Shown here: positions 1 to 8,371 of the stretch, piece by piece
Layout: each line of letters begins with the position of its first letter
Numbering within the stretch: the first letter of the stretch is position 1
Source: Psychrobacter sp. DM4
GTDB lineage: Bacteria > Pseudomonadota > Gammaproteobacteria > Pseudomonadales > Moraxellaceae
Direction: 5' to 3'
DNA length: 32,000 bases
Assembly: GCF_051307035.1 (NCBI RefSeq)
Contig: NZ_CP195536.1
Location: forward strand, 1,980,001-2,012,000
Program-made: the position numbers and the translations under genes
The notes under the pieces: generated by a model
The model's input: the letters and a program-made list of their open reading frames with translations, nothing else
Databases searched by the model: none
Told to the model about the DNA's origin: nothing

Positions 1-1
1 G

Positions 2-523
2 GATGTGTTTCAAGGCCCTCAGGACAAAAAAGGCGGCTTCTTAGGTAAGCTATTTGGCGGCGGCAATGGTGGCGGTGATTCTATCGATTTGGATGCGTCG
101 TGCATCATGTTCGATAGCAACAAGCAAGCTGTGGATGCTATTTGGTTTAGTCAATTAAAATCAAAGGACGGCAGCATCGTACATACGGGTGATAACCGTA
201 CAGGCGATGGCGACGGCGATGATGAAGTCATCAATGTCGATCTTGCTCGCGTACCAGCCAACGTGGTATCACTGGTATTTACAGTCAATAGCTTTACCGG
301 TCAAACGTTTGAGACGGTAGAGAATGCTTTTTGCCGTATCGTAAACGCCAATAACAACTCTGAGGTGGCGCGTTACAACCTATCGTCACAGGGCACTCAT
401 ACGGCGATGATCATGGCAAAGGTCTATCGCCACAATAATGAGTGGAAAATGCACGCGATTGGCGAAACAGCCTCTGGTCGCACCTTTCATGACTTGATGC
501 CTGCTATTACGCCACATGCTTAG
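2..523 (+). CDS. TerD-family stress/tellurite-resistance protein (TerD/TerZ/TerX-like), 5' end outside window
   Basis: The frame is open to the first bases of the window, and the listed ORF starts at an internal GTG. TerD-domain hallmarks are present: 'IDLDAS' strand, acidic Ca2+-binding loop 'HTGDNRTGDGDGDDE', and C-terminal 'AKVYRHNNEWKMHAIGE'. The usual N-terminal strand is missing, so the true start lies upstream. Stop TAG at 521-523, followed by a hairpin terminator. Confidence 0.85.
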   Translation, partial: DVFQGPQDKKGGFLGKLFGGGNGGGDSIDLDASCIMFDSNKQAVDAIWFSQLKSKDGSIVHTGDNRTGDGDGDDEVINVDLARVPANVVSLVFTVNSFTGQTFETVENAFCRIVNANNNSEVARYNLSSQGTHTAMIMAKVYRHNNEWKMHAIGETASGRTFHDLMPAITPHA

Positions 524-567
524 TATGATTTAAAGTTAAATATTTAGAGCTTATGCACCTTACAAAA

Positions 568-600
568 GACCGCCCGGCGTTAATCGTTGGGCGGTTTTTT
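568..600. terminator. Rho-independent terminator between convergent TerD and TerA-like genes
   Basis: Stem 'accgccc' (569-575) pairs with 'gggcggt' (589-595) around a 13-nt loop. It is followed by a T-run (595-600) and preceded by an A-run (564-567), so it could act in both directions. Confidence 0.8.
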
Positions 601-646
601 GTTTGGACTGGCTTTTCATGCTACTGTTTTACTTATGCTAAAACAC

Positions 647-1912
647 TTATTTGCTACCCCGCTTCCAGCTAAAGCCCCAGTTAAAAGCTTTGTCCATCTC
701 TTGATGACCTTTAAAGTATTGGTTGATACGCTCAACATTGATACTACCCTGCTGATTGACCAAACGGGCAATAGCACACATCGGCATATTACCTGCGCCC
801 TCAGTCAGGCGGGTCTCGATTGGTGGCTGATCGGGTACATGAATAGTCACAACCCCATCCGTTTGTGCCCAATTTGGGGCGCCCTCATAGATGAATGCAA
901 AGATGAATACCTCTTCGATTTGTGCCCACTGCTGACCGTTGATATCGAGCCACTCGCCGCCACTGACCTGACCGGTTCTATCATCAGCACGTAACAGAAC
1001 ATAAGGCGCCGTTTGCAAACTCCCAAAGCGATTGCCTAAGGCTTGAATCAACGTTTTCTCGCCATTTTTGAGGTGAATCATTGCGCCAACATCAAGGTCG
1101 ATACCACCTGCTTTATGTTGTTTAAATAGGTCACCCAGCAGTCCTTTTTTGGGTGCTTGCTTAGTGGCATCTGGACGCTGATTCCAGTTCAAATTGACCG
1201 ATATCTTGCCAAAATCATCGCGTTTTTTGAGATTAATACTAGATTGATTTTTGGTTAAGGTAATTTTACTTAGATTAATGGAAGGACTGGTAGAATTAGT
1301 AGGAATCGGTGGCGGCGTACTGGTTTGCGCGGCGCTACCTGCTTTTTGGGTGTTGATAGGCTTTTGAGTATTAATAGATTGGTTCTGGTTTTGATTCTGG
1401 GCAGGAGTATCATCGCTGATTTCGACACCGAAATGCTCAGACAAAGGTTTGAGACCCCCTTCAAACCCTTGAGCGATAAACCGAAATTTCCAGCTGCCCT
1501 GACGACGATAACACTCTGCTAAGATAATTGCTTTTTCGTTACGTCCGTTGGCACTTAGCTGACAAGTCATCAGTACTTGGCTACCTTGCAACACTTGAAT
1601 GTCGACATCACCAATCTGCGCCAAGGTTTGCGCGCTTGAGAATGCTAGAGCAATTTTATCGATGTTTGCAGGCTGCGCAGGCAGATCAATATCAAAGAAC
1701 CCATCGCTGTCATGACCTCGAAAGCTCACATGACCATCATCACTACGCGTCTGTCCATAAAATATCATATCACCATCACCGCGTACTTTGCCCTCGCTCG
1801 TTATACGGTAAGCGGCGCAATCGATCGCGTTTTGACTCAAAATACGGATGCTAATGTTGTCTGTTGGCAGTGGCGCATTGGCACCAGCAACGAGTGTTTG
1901 CGGTTGGCTCAT
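647..1912 (-). CDS. terA: TerA-like protein with two TerD-fold domains joined by a Q/N/T/P-rich linker
   Basis: 421 aa. The N-terminal TerD-like domain runs from 'QTLVAGANAPLP' to 'EKAIILAECYRRQGSWKFRFIAQGFEGGLKPLSEHFGVE'. The low-complexity linker reads 'AQNQNQNQSINTQKPINTQK...TSTPPPIPTNSTSP'. The C-terminal TerA-type domain reads 'GGIDLDVGAMIHL...ALGNRFGSLQTAPYVLLRADDRTG...VFIFAFIYEGAPNWAQTDGVVT'. Confidence 0.85.
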   Translation of the reverse strand: MSQPQTLVAGANAPLPTDNISIRILSQNAIDCAAYRITSEGKVRGDGDMIFYGQTRSDDGHVSFRGHDSDGFFDIDLPAQPANIDKIALAFSSAQTLAQIGDVDIQVLQGSQVLMTCQLSANGRNEKAIILAECYRRQGSWKFRFIAQGFEGGLKPLSEHFGVEISDDTPAQNQNQNQSINTQKPINTQKAGSAAQTSTPPPIPTNSTSPSINLSKITLTKNQSSINLKKRDDFGKISVNLNWNQRPDATKQAPKKGLLGDLFKQHKAGGIDLDVGAMIHLKNGEKTLIQALGNRFGSLQTAPYVLLRADDRTGQVSGGEWLDINGQQWAQIEEVFIFAFIYEGAPNWAQTDGVVTIHVPDQPPIETRLTEGAGNMPMCAIARLVNQQGSINVERINQYFKGHQEMDKAFNWGFSWKRGSK

Positions 1913-2068
1913 GATTTATCCTTGATGCGTGAGTATGATTTATTATGGTCTTATAGTAGCATGGATAAAGCTTAATTTTTAGCCAGCACTTGACGAGGAC
2001 AAGCACACTCTAATTAGACTCAAAACTTGTTATGTGAGCATTAGAACAATCTTTGCATAATGATTTAT
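1911..2068. promoter_or_regulatory. Divergent promoter region carrying three direct copies of ATGATTTAT (candidate operator)
   Basis: Exact 9-mer 'atgatttat' at 1911-1919 (overlapping the TerA-like start codon), 1935-1943 and 2060-2068, all in the same orientation. A 'tataat' hexamer lies at 2086-2091, upstream of the ATP-grasp gene. No binding protein is identified. Confidence 0.3.
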
Positions 2069-2134
2069 ATCTCAATGCATTTGTATATAATGGCTGTCAG
2101 ATAAAATATCAAAACATGTGAGGCTGAGACTATC

Positions 2135-3286
2135 ATGGACAATCAAAGCAACAATAACACTTCTAAATCAGCTGCTGTTTGGCTTGCAGAAGGACAATCA
2201 AGCCAGCGTGATATGCTCGCAAGCTTACAAGATCTTAAAATATCATCTGATACGCCATTTACTATTATCGCCTCACATCGTCATCATCGACCTGAGATTT
2301 TTGAATGTGCAGATAGCGTTTATCGAGAGCCCTCTTTAAGCATTAGCGATGAGGAGTCACTGACAGCTAACCCTGTTGAAGCCAAGCCTACTATGGCGCG
2401 TTGGCAGTTCGTATTAGAGCAAGCCCAACAACAAAACGTAAAGGTGCTCCTCACCGGTCGCAATGGTATTGATTATGAAGCACACCGTAATACCTTTAGC
2501 GCCGCTGGTATCCGTCTATTGACAGGCGCAACGAGCGTCGATGCCTTAGAGTCTATCGATGATAAGTTTACCTTTATGAAGCAATGTCACGCTTACAACA
2601 TCCCCGTAGCAGACGCTTGGCGGTTTGATACGACATCTGAGCTACAAGCATTACTTGCTGAGCATGGTCATCAGCCTCTATGCGTAAAGCCGGTCACAGG
2701 TATCTTTGCCCAAGGGTTTTGGCGTCTTGACTCTAGTAAAGAGACAGATGAGCAGTATGATAGCTTTGAGCACTTGTACTTCACTGAAGAGAGAAAAATT
2801 AACACCGAACAATTTATAAATGCTTATACCAACAGTCAAATGGTAAAAGAGCGCCCTATTCCTATGCTACTCATGCCTTTTTTATCAGGACAAGAGTACT
2901 CTATCGACGTCGTCTGCGAGTATGGTGAAGTGTTGGCCGCAATCACCCGTCATAAGACGGGAAAAGTCCAGCATATTGGTTACGAGCAGCCGGTTATGGA
3001 TGTCGTCATTCCGCTAATCAAAGCTTTTGGCTGCGATGGTATCGTCAGCGTACAGACCAAAGCTGATGATGACGGTCAGCACCGCGTCCTTGAGATCAAC
3101 TCGCGTCCCTCAGGCGGTATCGGTTATACCTCTCATAGCGGCGTCGATCTAACGCAAGTGGCTTTTAGCTATTGGCTTGGACTCACGGACAAACCCAAGC
3201 TTGAGGATATGATAAAAACATTTACGCCTTGTCAGGTACGCTCTATTATGACGAGCGTCAAGATAGAAGCTGAAATGCTCAAGTAA
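2135..3286 (+). CDS. ATP-grasp family ligase (Ter-associated biosynthetic module)
   Basis: 383 aa with the ATP-grasp layout: 'DDKFTFMKQCHAYNIPVADAW', 'PLCVKPVTGIFAQGFWRL', 'LMPFLSGQEYSIDVVCEYGEVLAAITRHK' and 'HRVLEINSRPSGGIGYT'. It sits next to TerA/TerD genes, as described for Ter-linked modules. Confidence 0.85.
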   Translation: MDNQSNNNTSKSAAVWLAEGQSSQRDMLASLQDLKISSDTPFTIIASHRHHRPEIFECADSVYREPSLSISDEESLTANPVEAKPTMARWQFVLEQAQQQNVKVLLTGRNGIDYEAHRNTFSAAGIRLLTGATSVDALESIDDKFTFMKQCHAYNIPVADAWRFDTTSELQALLAEHGHQPLCVKPVTGIFAQGFWRLDSSKETDEQYDSFEHLYFTEERKINTEQFINAYTNSQMVKERPIPMLLMPFLSGQEYSIDVVCEYGEVLAAITRHKTGKVQHIGYEQPVMDVVIPLIKAFGCDGIVSVQTKADDDGQHRVLEINSRPSGGIGYTSHSGVDLTQVAFSYWLGLTDKPKLEDMIKTFTPCQVRSIMTSVKIEAEMLK

Positions 3287-3333
3287 GCTAGCTGCCTTAT
3301 AACTTTAGCAGACTCATCTTCTACAACAATAAA

Positions 3334-4533
3334 TTAATGGCTGTTGCTGGTTAATTCAGGAAAACGCTTTATCATAAAAATTACGAGTATCAGCGCTAAT
3401 AAGGCAATGGCAGCGCCGACGTAGCCCACGCTCGATAGAGAGATATAGGTGACCGCGTAACCGCCAAGCAGTGCCCCTGTACCTATGCCTAAGTTGATGA
3501 TGCCCGAGAACATCGCCATCACCATGTCTTGGGCGTTGATATCAATCTCAATCACTTTGGACTGGATGGTTAACATTAGCAGTATCATGGCTGTACCCCA
3601 AATCACGGTGATGATGCTAAATAACCATATCGATGTCGCCGTCCATAACATGAGTAGCATCGCCCCTATCATGAGCACTGTAGATACTAGCATCATGGTA
3701 GTACTCGATCTGTCACTCCAGCGACTAAATATATAACTGCCAACGAGTCCTGCGCCGCCAAATAGTAACAGGATGAGCGTCACTAAGTTCTCACTCATAG
3801 CGCCAACCCGATTCAAAAAAGGTTCGATATAAGTATAAGCGGCATAATCTGCGGTAAAGATAATAAAGCAGAATACATACAGACTGACTAATAAAGGATT
3901 CTTGAGCAATTCTGGGATTTTTCTAAAAGAGCCGTTAAACATACTAGGCAGTGTAGGTAATAATCTGGCTTGCAAAATAAATACGATAAAAGCAATGATT
4001 CCAATACCCGCAAAGGTCGTGCGCCAACCAAACCATTGTCCTAATATACGTCCTATAGGTACGCCTAATACTAGCGCTAAAGAGGTCCCTGTAGCCAATA
4101 TGCTAAGCGCCAAGGCCCGTTTGCCTTCAGGTGCTACCCGCAGCGTTATCGCCGCAGTAATGGACCAAAATATCGCATGCGAAAAAGCAATCCCTACTCG
4201 GCTAACCAAGAGAACTTGAAAGCTCCAGGCAAATACAGATAAGGCATGACTGGTAATAAAGACCACGAATACAGCTAGTAGCAAGCGCTTGCGCTCAAAC
4301 CTGCTGGTCAGTAGCATCAGTGGTAATGACATAGCCGCGACGACCCAAGCATACAGCGTTAACATCCAGCCTGTTTCTGCCGCCGTGATAGAGAAATCTT
4401 TGGCGATGTCACTGAGCAATGCCACAGGCACAAATTCTGTAGTATTAATCACAAAAGCACTAATACCCATCAAGATCACTCGAAAATACTGAGTGCGGCG
4501 AGACACTGACCCTATCTCAAAATTATTTTCCAT
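3334..4533 (-). CDS. sotB: MFS transporter, SotB-like sugar efflux family
   Basis: 12-TM MFS protein collinear with my recollection of E. coli SotB/YdeA: 'NTTEFVPVALLSDIAKDF', 'LTLYAWVVAAMSLPLMLLTS', 'SHAIFWSITAAITLRVAPEGKRALALS', 'FSGIINLGIGTGALLGG'. The ATG at 4533 (MENNFE...) is preferred over the listed 4569 start, whose extra 12 aa are hydrophobic filler. It lies antisense to the flanking Ter-module genes. Confidence 0.85.
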   Translation of the reverse strand: MENNFEIGSVSRRTQYFRVILMGISAFVINTTEFVPVALLSDIAKDFSITAAETGWMLTLYAWVVAAMSLPLMLLTSRFERKRLLLAVFVVFITSHALSVFAWSFQVLLVSRVGIAFSHAIFWSITAAITLRVAPEGKRALALSILATGTSLALVLGVPIGRILGQWFGWRTTFAGIGIIAFIVFILQARLLPTLPSMFNGSFRKIPELLKNPLLVSLYVFCFIIFTADYAAYTYIEPFLNRVGAMSENLVTLILLLFGGAGLVGSYIFSRWSDRSSTTMMLVSTVLMIGAMLLMLWTATSIWLFSIITVIWGTAMILLMLTIQSKVIEIDINAQDMVMAMFSGIINLGIGTGALLGGYAVTYISLSSVGYVGAAIALLALILVIFMIKRFPELTSNSH

Positions 4534-4886
4534 AACACTGACTACTATAAAAAAGTGCACATATAGCACGGCTGACCCAAAAATGGGTGCTAGGATTTAG
4601 GGAGTATAAGTAGAGAGTAAGGCGCATTCATTTGCGGTAATATAGCTCTACTTTTGATTCAAGTTTCGTTCAGCGGCATATTCTAGTACATTGTTTTTTG
4701 ATTATCTATCAGACTTATGTTCACGGTAATTGATTGAGTCTATTAAAACTGCTTTGCCCTCCAGTTCTATGCAAAAGTCGTTAGAATGGACAAACTTATG
4801 TATTATATACCTGTATATCTATAGCGGTAACTTTGATAAGATTTAGCTCCTAAGTATATGACGAATATTTGAACAGAGGATAGGCA

Positions 4887-6110
4887 ATGACAGCCCAGAC
4901 TACGCTAGTGCTAGGCGCAAATACCATTATTGAGCATCCTAAGTGTTCAGTTGCTTTTGCTACAAATAATCCGCTCAAATTTGGTCAGCAGCTTGGTCTG
5001 ATTTGGTTGCCTTTGGATGAGAGCCGAAAAGCAGCTTGTAGTCCCGCCTACCTTCATGAGCCCAAAGACTGGGCACAGCTAGATGATAGCGAGAACCCCA
5101 GTAGATGGCAGCTTGATTTGCCAAAGCTATTTGAGACGCAAAATGTGAGCTATCTACAGCTTATTGCCTATGCTTACTATGAGCCGAGCTTAAACTTGCC
5201 TGCGGTTGAATTAAATCATATTAGTTTGAGATTGAATAATAGCGCTATACGTTACGACTTTATAGTGAGCGAGCGCCATGTCAAAGCTGCCATTATATTA
5301 GAGATATACAAACGTAATGGACAGTTTAAATGCAGGGCGTTAGGTGAGAGCTCAACCCAAGGATTAGCAAGCCTAGAGCAGCGCGTGCAAGTGAGCCTAG
5401 ATACTCGTCCACCAGATACTCATGCGCTCATTCAATCGGCGCAGCAGCAGCAACGAGGTCAGTCAAACAATGAGTTACGCCCGCCGCGTCATGTTGAACC
5501 GGGCGAGACATGGACGGGCACAGCGTTCGCTATTGGCCCCTATCATCTATTGACCTGCTATCATGTGATTGAGTCGGCGGCGATGATTGCTATACGTCAG
5601 CAAGGGCCTCCTGACATAGAGGCGCAAGTGGTGATGAGCGACATCGGTAGTGATTCAGCTATCATTAAAGTTCGCGAGCCGCTACCTAGCTATCTACCGC
5701 TCGCGCAGCAGTGCTCAGATATATTGGGCGAGACCATTACCACCCTAGGCTTTCCCCTATCAGGCGTGAGTAGTCAGTTGCAAGTGACCCAAGGCTGTAT
5801 CTCAGGATTGACAGGGTTTGGTGACGATATCCGCTATATGCAATTTACCGCGCCCATTCAGCCCGGCTCTAGTGGTAGCCCTTTATTGTTGCCAACGGGC
5901 GAGGTGATCGGCATGGTGACGGCTAGCCTCGTCCATGAACAGGCACAAAATATGAACTATGCGGTGAAATTTCAGTTATTATCCGCCCTACTCGCGAGCG
6001 CTGGCATCAGTTTGGACAACTCACATTCTGTATCAGCCGCGAATTTAAGCACACCGCAACTGAGCAAACAAAGCCGCAGCGCGCTCTGGCTAGTTGGTTG
6101 TCAGGATTAG
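4887..6110 (+). CDS. Fusion protein: N-terminal TerD-fold (TerA-N-like) domain + C-terminal trypsin-like (S1/HtrA-like) serine protease
   Basis: Residues 1-170 parallel the N-domain of the TerA-like protein. 'MTAQTTLVLGANTII' matches 'MSQPQTLVAGANAPL', and 'VKAAIILEIYKRNGQFKCRALGESSTQGLASLEQRVQVSLD' matches 'EKAIILAECYRRQGSWKFRFIAQGFEGGLKPLSEHFGVEISD'. A Q-rich linker follows, then the protease with candidate triad His226 ('LLTCYHVIE'), Asp256 ('SDSAIIKV') and Ser329 ('QPGSSGSPLL'). Triad spacing of 30 and 73 residues is typical of S1C proteases. RBS 'agagga' lies upstream. No signal peptide or TM segment. Confidence 0.8.
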   Translation: MTAQTTLVLGANTIIEHPKCSVAFATNNPLKFGQQLGLIWLPLDESRKAACSPAYLHEPKDWAQLDDSENPSRWQLDLPKLFETQNVSYLQLIAYAYYEPSLNLPAVELNHISLRLNNSAIRYDFIVSERHVKAAIILEIYKRNGQFKCRALGESSTQGLASLEQRVQVSLDTRPPDTHALIQSAQQQQRGQSNNELRPPRHVEPGETWTGTAFAIGPYHLLTCYHVIESAAMIAIRQQGPPDIEAQVVMSDIGSDSAIIKVREPLPSYLPLAQQCSDILGETITTLGFPLSGVSSQLQVTQGCISGLTGFGDDIRYMQFTAPIQPGSSGSPLLLPTGEVIGMVTASLVHEQAQNMNYAVKFQLLSALLASAGISLDNSHSVSAANLSTPQLSKQSRSALWLVGCQD

Positions 6111-6194
6111 ACAGACCTTTAATACCAAACAAAAACTATTATAGAGTTATCAAAAATAAAAAATACCGAAAATCAGAAACATCAAGGAATATGA

Positions 6195-7436
6195 ATGTCA
6201 AAGCAGCAACACAGTACTCGCATCACCTTACCTCGCGGTACATTAGATTTAACGTATCAAACCAATAGCACCAACAATAATAAAAACTATGAACTTGAAG
6301 ACTTACTTGGCTTTGCGCAGCGCATTAACCCCAAACGTGCGTTTTTATTCGTCTCAAAAGTCTTGGGTCGACACATTCCCGTCGCACCTCATACCATGCG
6401 TCGTGCTTTTACGGATTTGGCAAACCTAGTCCCTAGCAAGTTACCCGAGCCCATTTTAGTTATCGGTATGGCAGAGACTGCTGTGGGCTTATCTGCAGGC
6501 GTCCATCAAGCGCTACAAGCGCGCTATTTGAATGCTGTACTACTCAACTCCACGCGTCACGCACAGCATAGCGATAATAATAGTGAGACCTTGCTGACCA
6601 CTTTTAGTGAAGACCATAGTCACGCCAGCCAACATCTCATCTATCAAAGCTGCGATAAAATGACTCAAGAGCAATTGCTGGCTAGCAAAACGTTGATTAT
6701 GGTTGATGATGAAGCCTCAACAGGTAATACCTGCGTCAACGTCGTGACCGCACTGCGTAACGCTGGTCTGAACCAATTAGAGCAAGTCCATCTCACAACT
6801 TTGGTGGATTGGTCGCTAAGTCACGATGCAACTGATGCTGATGACACTATATCAACGCGTTTGCCTAATATTGACTTTCAGCGTCATCACTTGCTCTCTG
6901 GGGCATGGCAATGGAGAGATGCGCCTAATCCTGAACCGATCACTATGCCCTCAGTTGATACGACTGATGCTGGCACGCAAACGTTGGGTAATACAGGGAA
7001 TTGGGGACGCTTTCCCACTCTAAATAGCACTAATGGCTTTGCCCATTATTTAGCAAATTTTCAAACAAAGTTTGCACGCTTTCATGAGCAAGCGATATTT
7101 GCTAAAAAGCAATTACCCCAGCGTATTTTGGTTTTAGGTAGTAATGAGTTTGTCTGGTTGCCGTTTTTATTAGCGGAGTGGCTTGAGCAAAATACTGGCT
7201 CACAGAATGAAGTAAAGTTCAGCGCCTTGACCCGTTCACCGATTGCGCTTGGTGGTGCAATTACAACTATGCTCAGCTTTCATGATAATTACGGATTGGG
7301 CATGACGAACTTTGCTTATAATGTCGAGCCAAAGGATTGGGATTTGATTGTGCTATGTGTAGAAACGGCCGCTGCTAGTGTTGATACCATGTGGCAAAGT
7401 TTGGATAATGTGTTGGTGATGAGTCCTATACCTTAA
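6195..7436 (+). CDS. Phosphoribosyltransferase-domain protein with C-terminal TRSP-like domain (Ter-associated PRTase)
   Basis: 413 aa. PRPP-binding signature 'LIMVDDEASTGNT', preceded by 'LVIGMAETAVGLSAGV'. The C-terminal region 'RILVLGSNEFVWLPFLLAEWLE...FSALTRSPI' is consistent with the TRSP domain reported after this PRTase type in Ter loci. RBS 'aaggaa'. Confidence 0.75.
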   Translation: MSKQQHSTRITLPRGTLDLTYQTNSTNNNKNYELEDLLGFAQRINPKRAFLFVSKVLGRHIPVAPHTMRRAFTDLANLVPSKLPEPILVIGMAETAVGLSAGVHQALQARYLNAVLLNSTRHAQHSDNNSETLLTTFSEDHSHASQHLIYQSCDKMTQEQLLASKTLIMVDDEASTGNTCVNVVTALRNAGLNQLEQVHLTTLVDWSLSHDATDADDTISTRLPNIDFQRHHLLSGAWQWRDAPNPEPITMPSVDTTDAGTQTLGNTGNWGRFPTLNSTNGFAHYLANFQTKFARFHEQAIFAKKQLPQRILVLGSNEFVWLPFLLAEWLEQNTGSQNEVKFSALTRSPIALGGAITTMLSFHDNYGLGMTNFAYNVEPKDWDLIVLCVETAAASVDTMWQSLDNVLVMSPIP

Positions 7437-7478
7437 ATCGCATTCAAACTTCTAAACTTATCATTTACGGACACTACT

Positions 7479-8297
7479 ATGACCACCTCATTCTTCGAGT
7501 CTAACCCAAACCTTATAAAACCATACGCTCTTATGGATTTGGACGACACTTTATTTCAAACCCAACGTAAGATTGAGGCTTGGGATCTGCCTACTGCTGA
7601 CCCTAAAAACTTAGTTTGTGCGACGGTAAATAAACAAGACGAGCCGCTTAGCTTTATGAGTCAACGACAAGCGACGTTTTTTAATTGGTTGCTCGCTAGC
7701 ACTGAATTGATAGTGGTTACTGCCCGTGACCGTGATGAGATTAAACGCGTTAAGCTGCCTTTTAACAGTTGGCAAGTGCTGACTCATGGCGCGATTATCT
7801 TAACCAGTAATGGCGAGCTACTAAGCACATGGCAACAGCATATGTATCAGCAGCTAAGTCCCTTGCAAAATAAACTGAATCAGTTAAGCCAACTATTTGC
7901 CAGTCATAGTAAAAATGATAACAGTCAGCTGGTATTTACGCCGCATATTGATAACTTTGATGCTGGTTCTACTAACGAAGAATTAACCATTTATCTAGCG
8001 ATAAAACATGCCAAAAAAGATCATCGAGCATTAAAAGAATTAGCCGAGAAGCTCCCTACATTGATCCGTGATTTTGCACAGGACTTTTATGTGCATGTTA
8101 ATGCTAATAATCTAGCGATACTGCCGCATGCTATTCATAAGCAACATGCGGTACAGTTTTTATTAGATCATCATTTAGACAGTCAGCGTCCGAGTTTTGG
8201 CTTTGGTGACAGTCTGGCAGATTTGCCGTTTCTGCAACTACTTGATTGGTACGGTATGCCCAATCACGGTCAGCTGCATGACAATCTTAGTTCTTAA
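7479..8297 (+). CDS. HAD-superfamily phosphatase (Ter-associated)
   Basis: 272 aa. HAD motif I 'LMDLDDTLF', motif II 'VVTARD', C-terminal acidic motif 'FGFGDSLADLPFL'. Confidence 0.75.
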   Translation: MTTSFFESNPNLIKPYALMDLDDTLFQTQRKIEAWDLPTADPKNLVCATVNKQDEPLSFMSQRQATFFNWLLASTELIVVTARDRDEIKRVKLPFNSWQVLTHGAIILTSNGELLSTWQQHMYQQLSPLQNKLNQLSQLFASHSKNDNSQLVFTPHIDNFDAGSTNEELTIYLAIKHAKKDHRALKELAEKLPTLIRDFAQDFYVHVNANNLAILPHAIHKQHAVQFLLDHHLDSQRPSFGFGDSLADLPFLQLLDWYGMPNHGQLHDNLSS

Positions 8298-8371
8298 TGG
8301 TTTTTGGCTCTTAACAACTCTCAAATATCAATAATTATAATAACAACAGCTTATACGAGAAAGAACCTCTT

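Noticed and set aside
587-1975. ORFs from the track at 587-994(+), 1270-1464(-), 1325-1522(+), 1528-1854(+) and 1712-1975(+).
   Set aside because: All lie inside or antisense to the 421-aa TerA-like CDS, which has clear family similarity. Their translations are low-complexity or unlike any family I recognise, so they are likely shadow ORFs.
3485-4492. Plus-strand ORFs 3485-3736, 3902-4219 and 4289-4492.
   Set aside because: They are antisense shadows of the SotB-like MFS gene. The same reasoning applies to 2118-2339, 6826-7023, 11764-12024, 12606-12884, 12920-13114, 13243-13458, 14204-14389, 14952-15134, the five plus-strand ORFs inside acnB (16944-19003), 21081-21358, 22656-23925, 25517-25723, 27088-27300, 28520-28873 and 29706-29900.
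4805-4818. Inverted repeat 'atatac-ct-gtatat' upstream of the TerD::protease gene.
   Set aside because: Six-bp AT-rich arms are expected by chance in this composition. There is no second copy or other supporting evidence.
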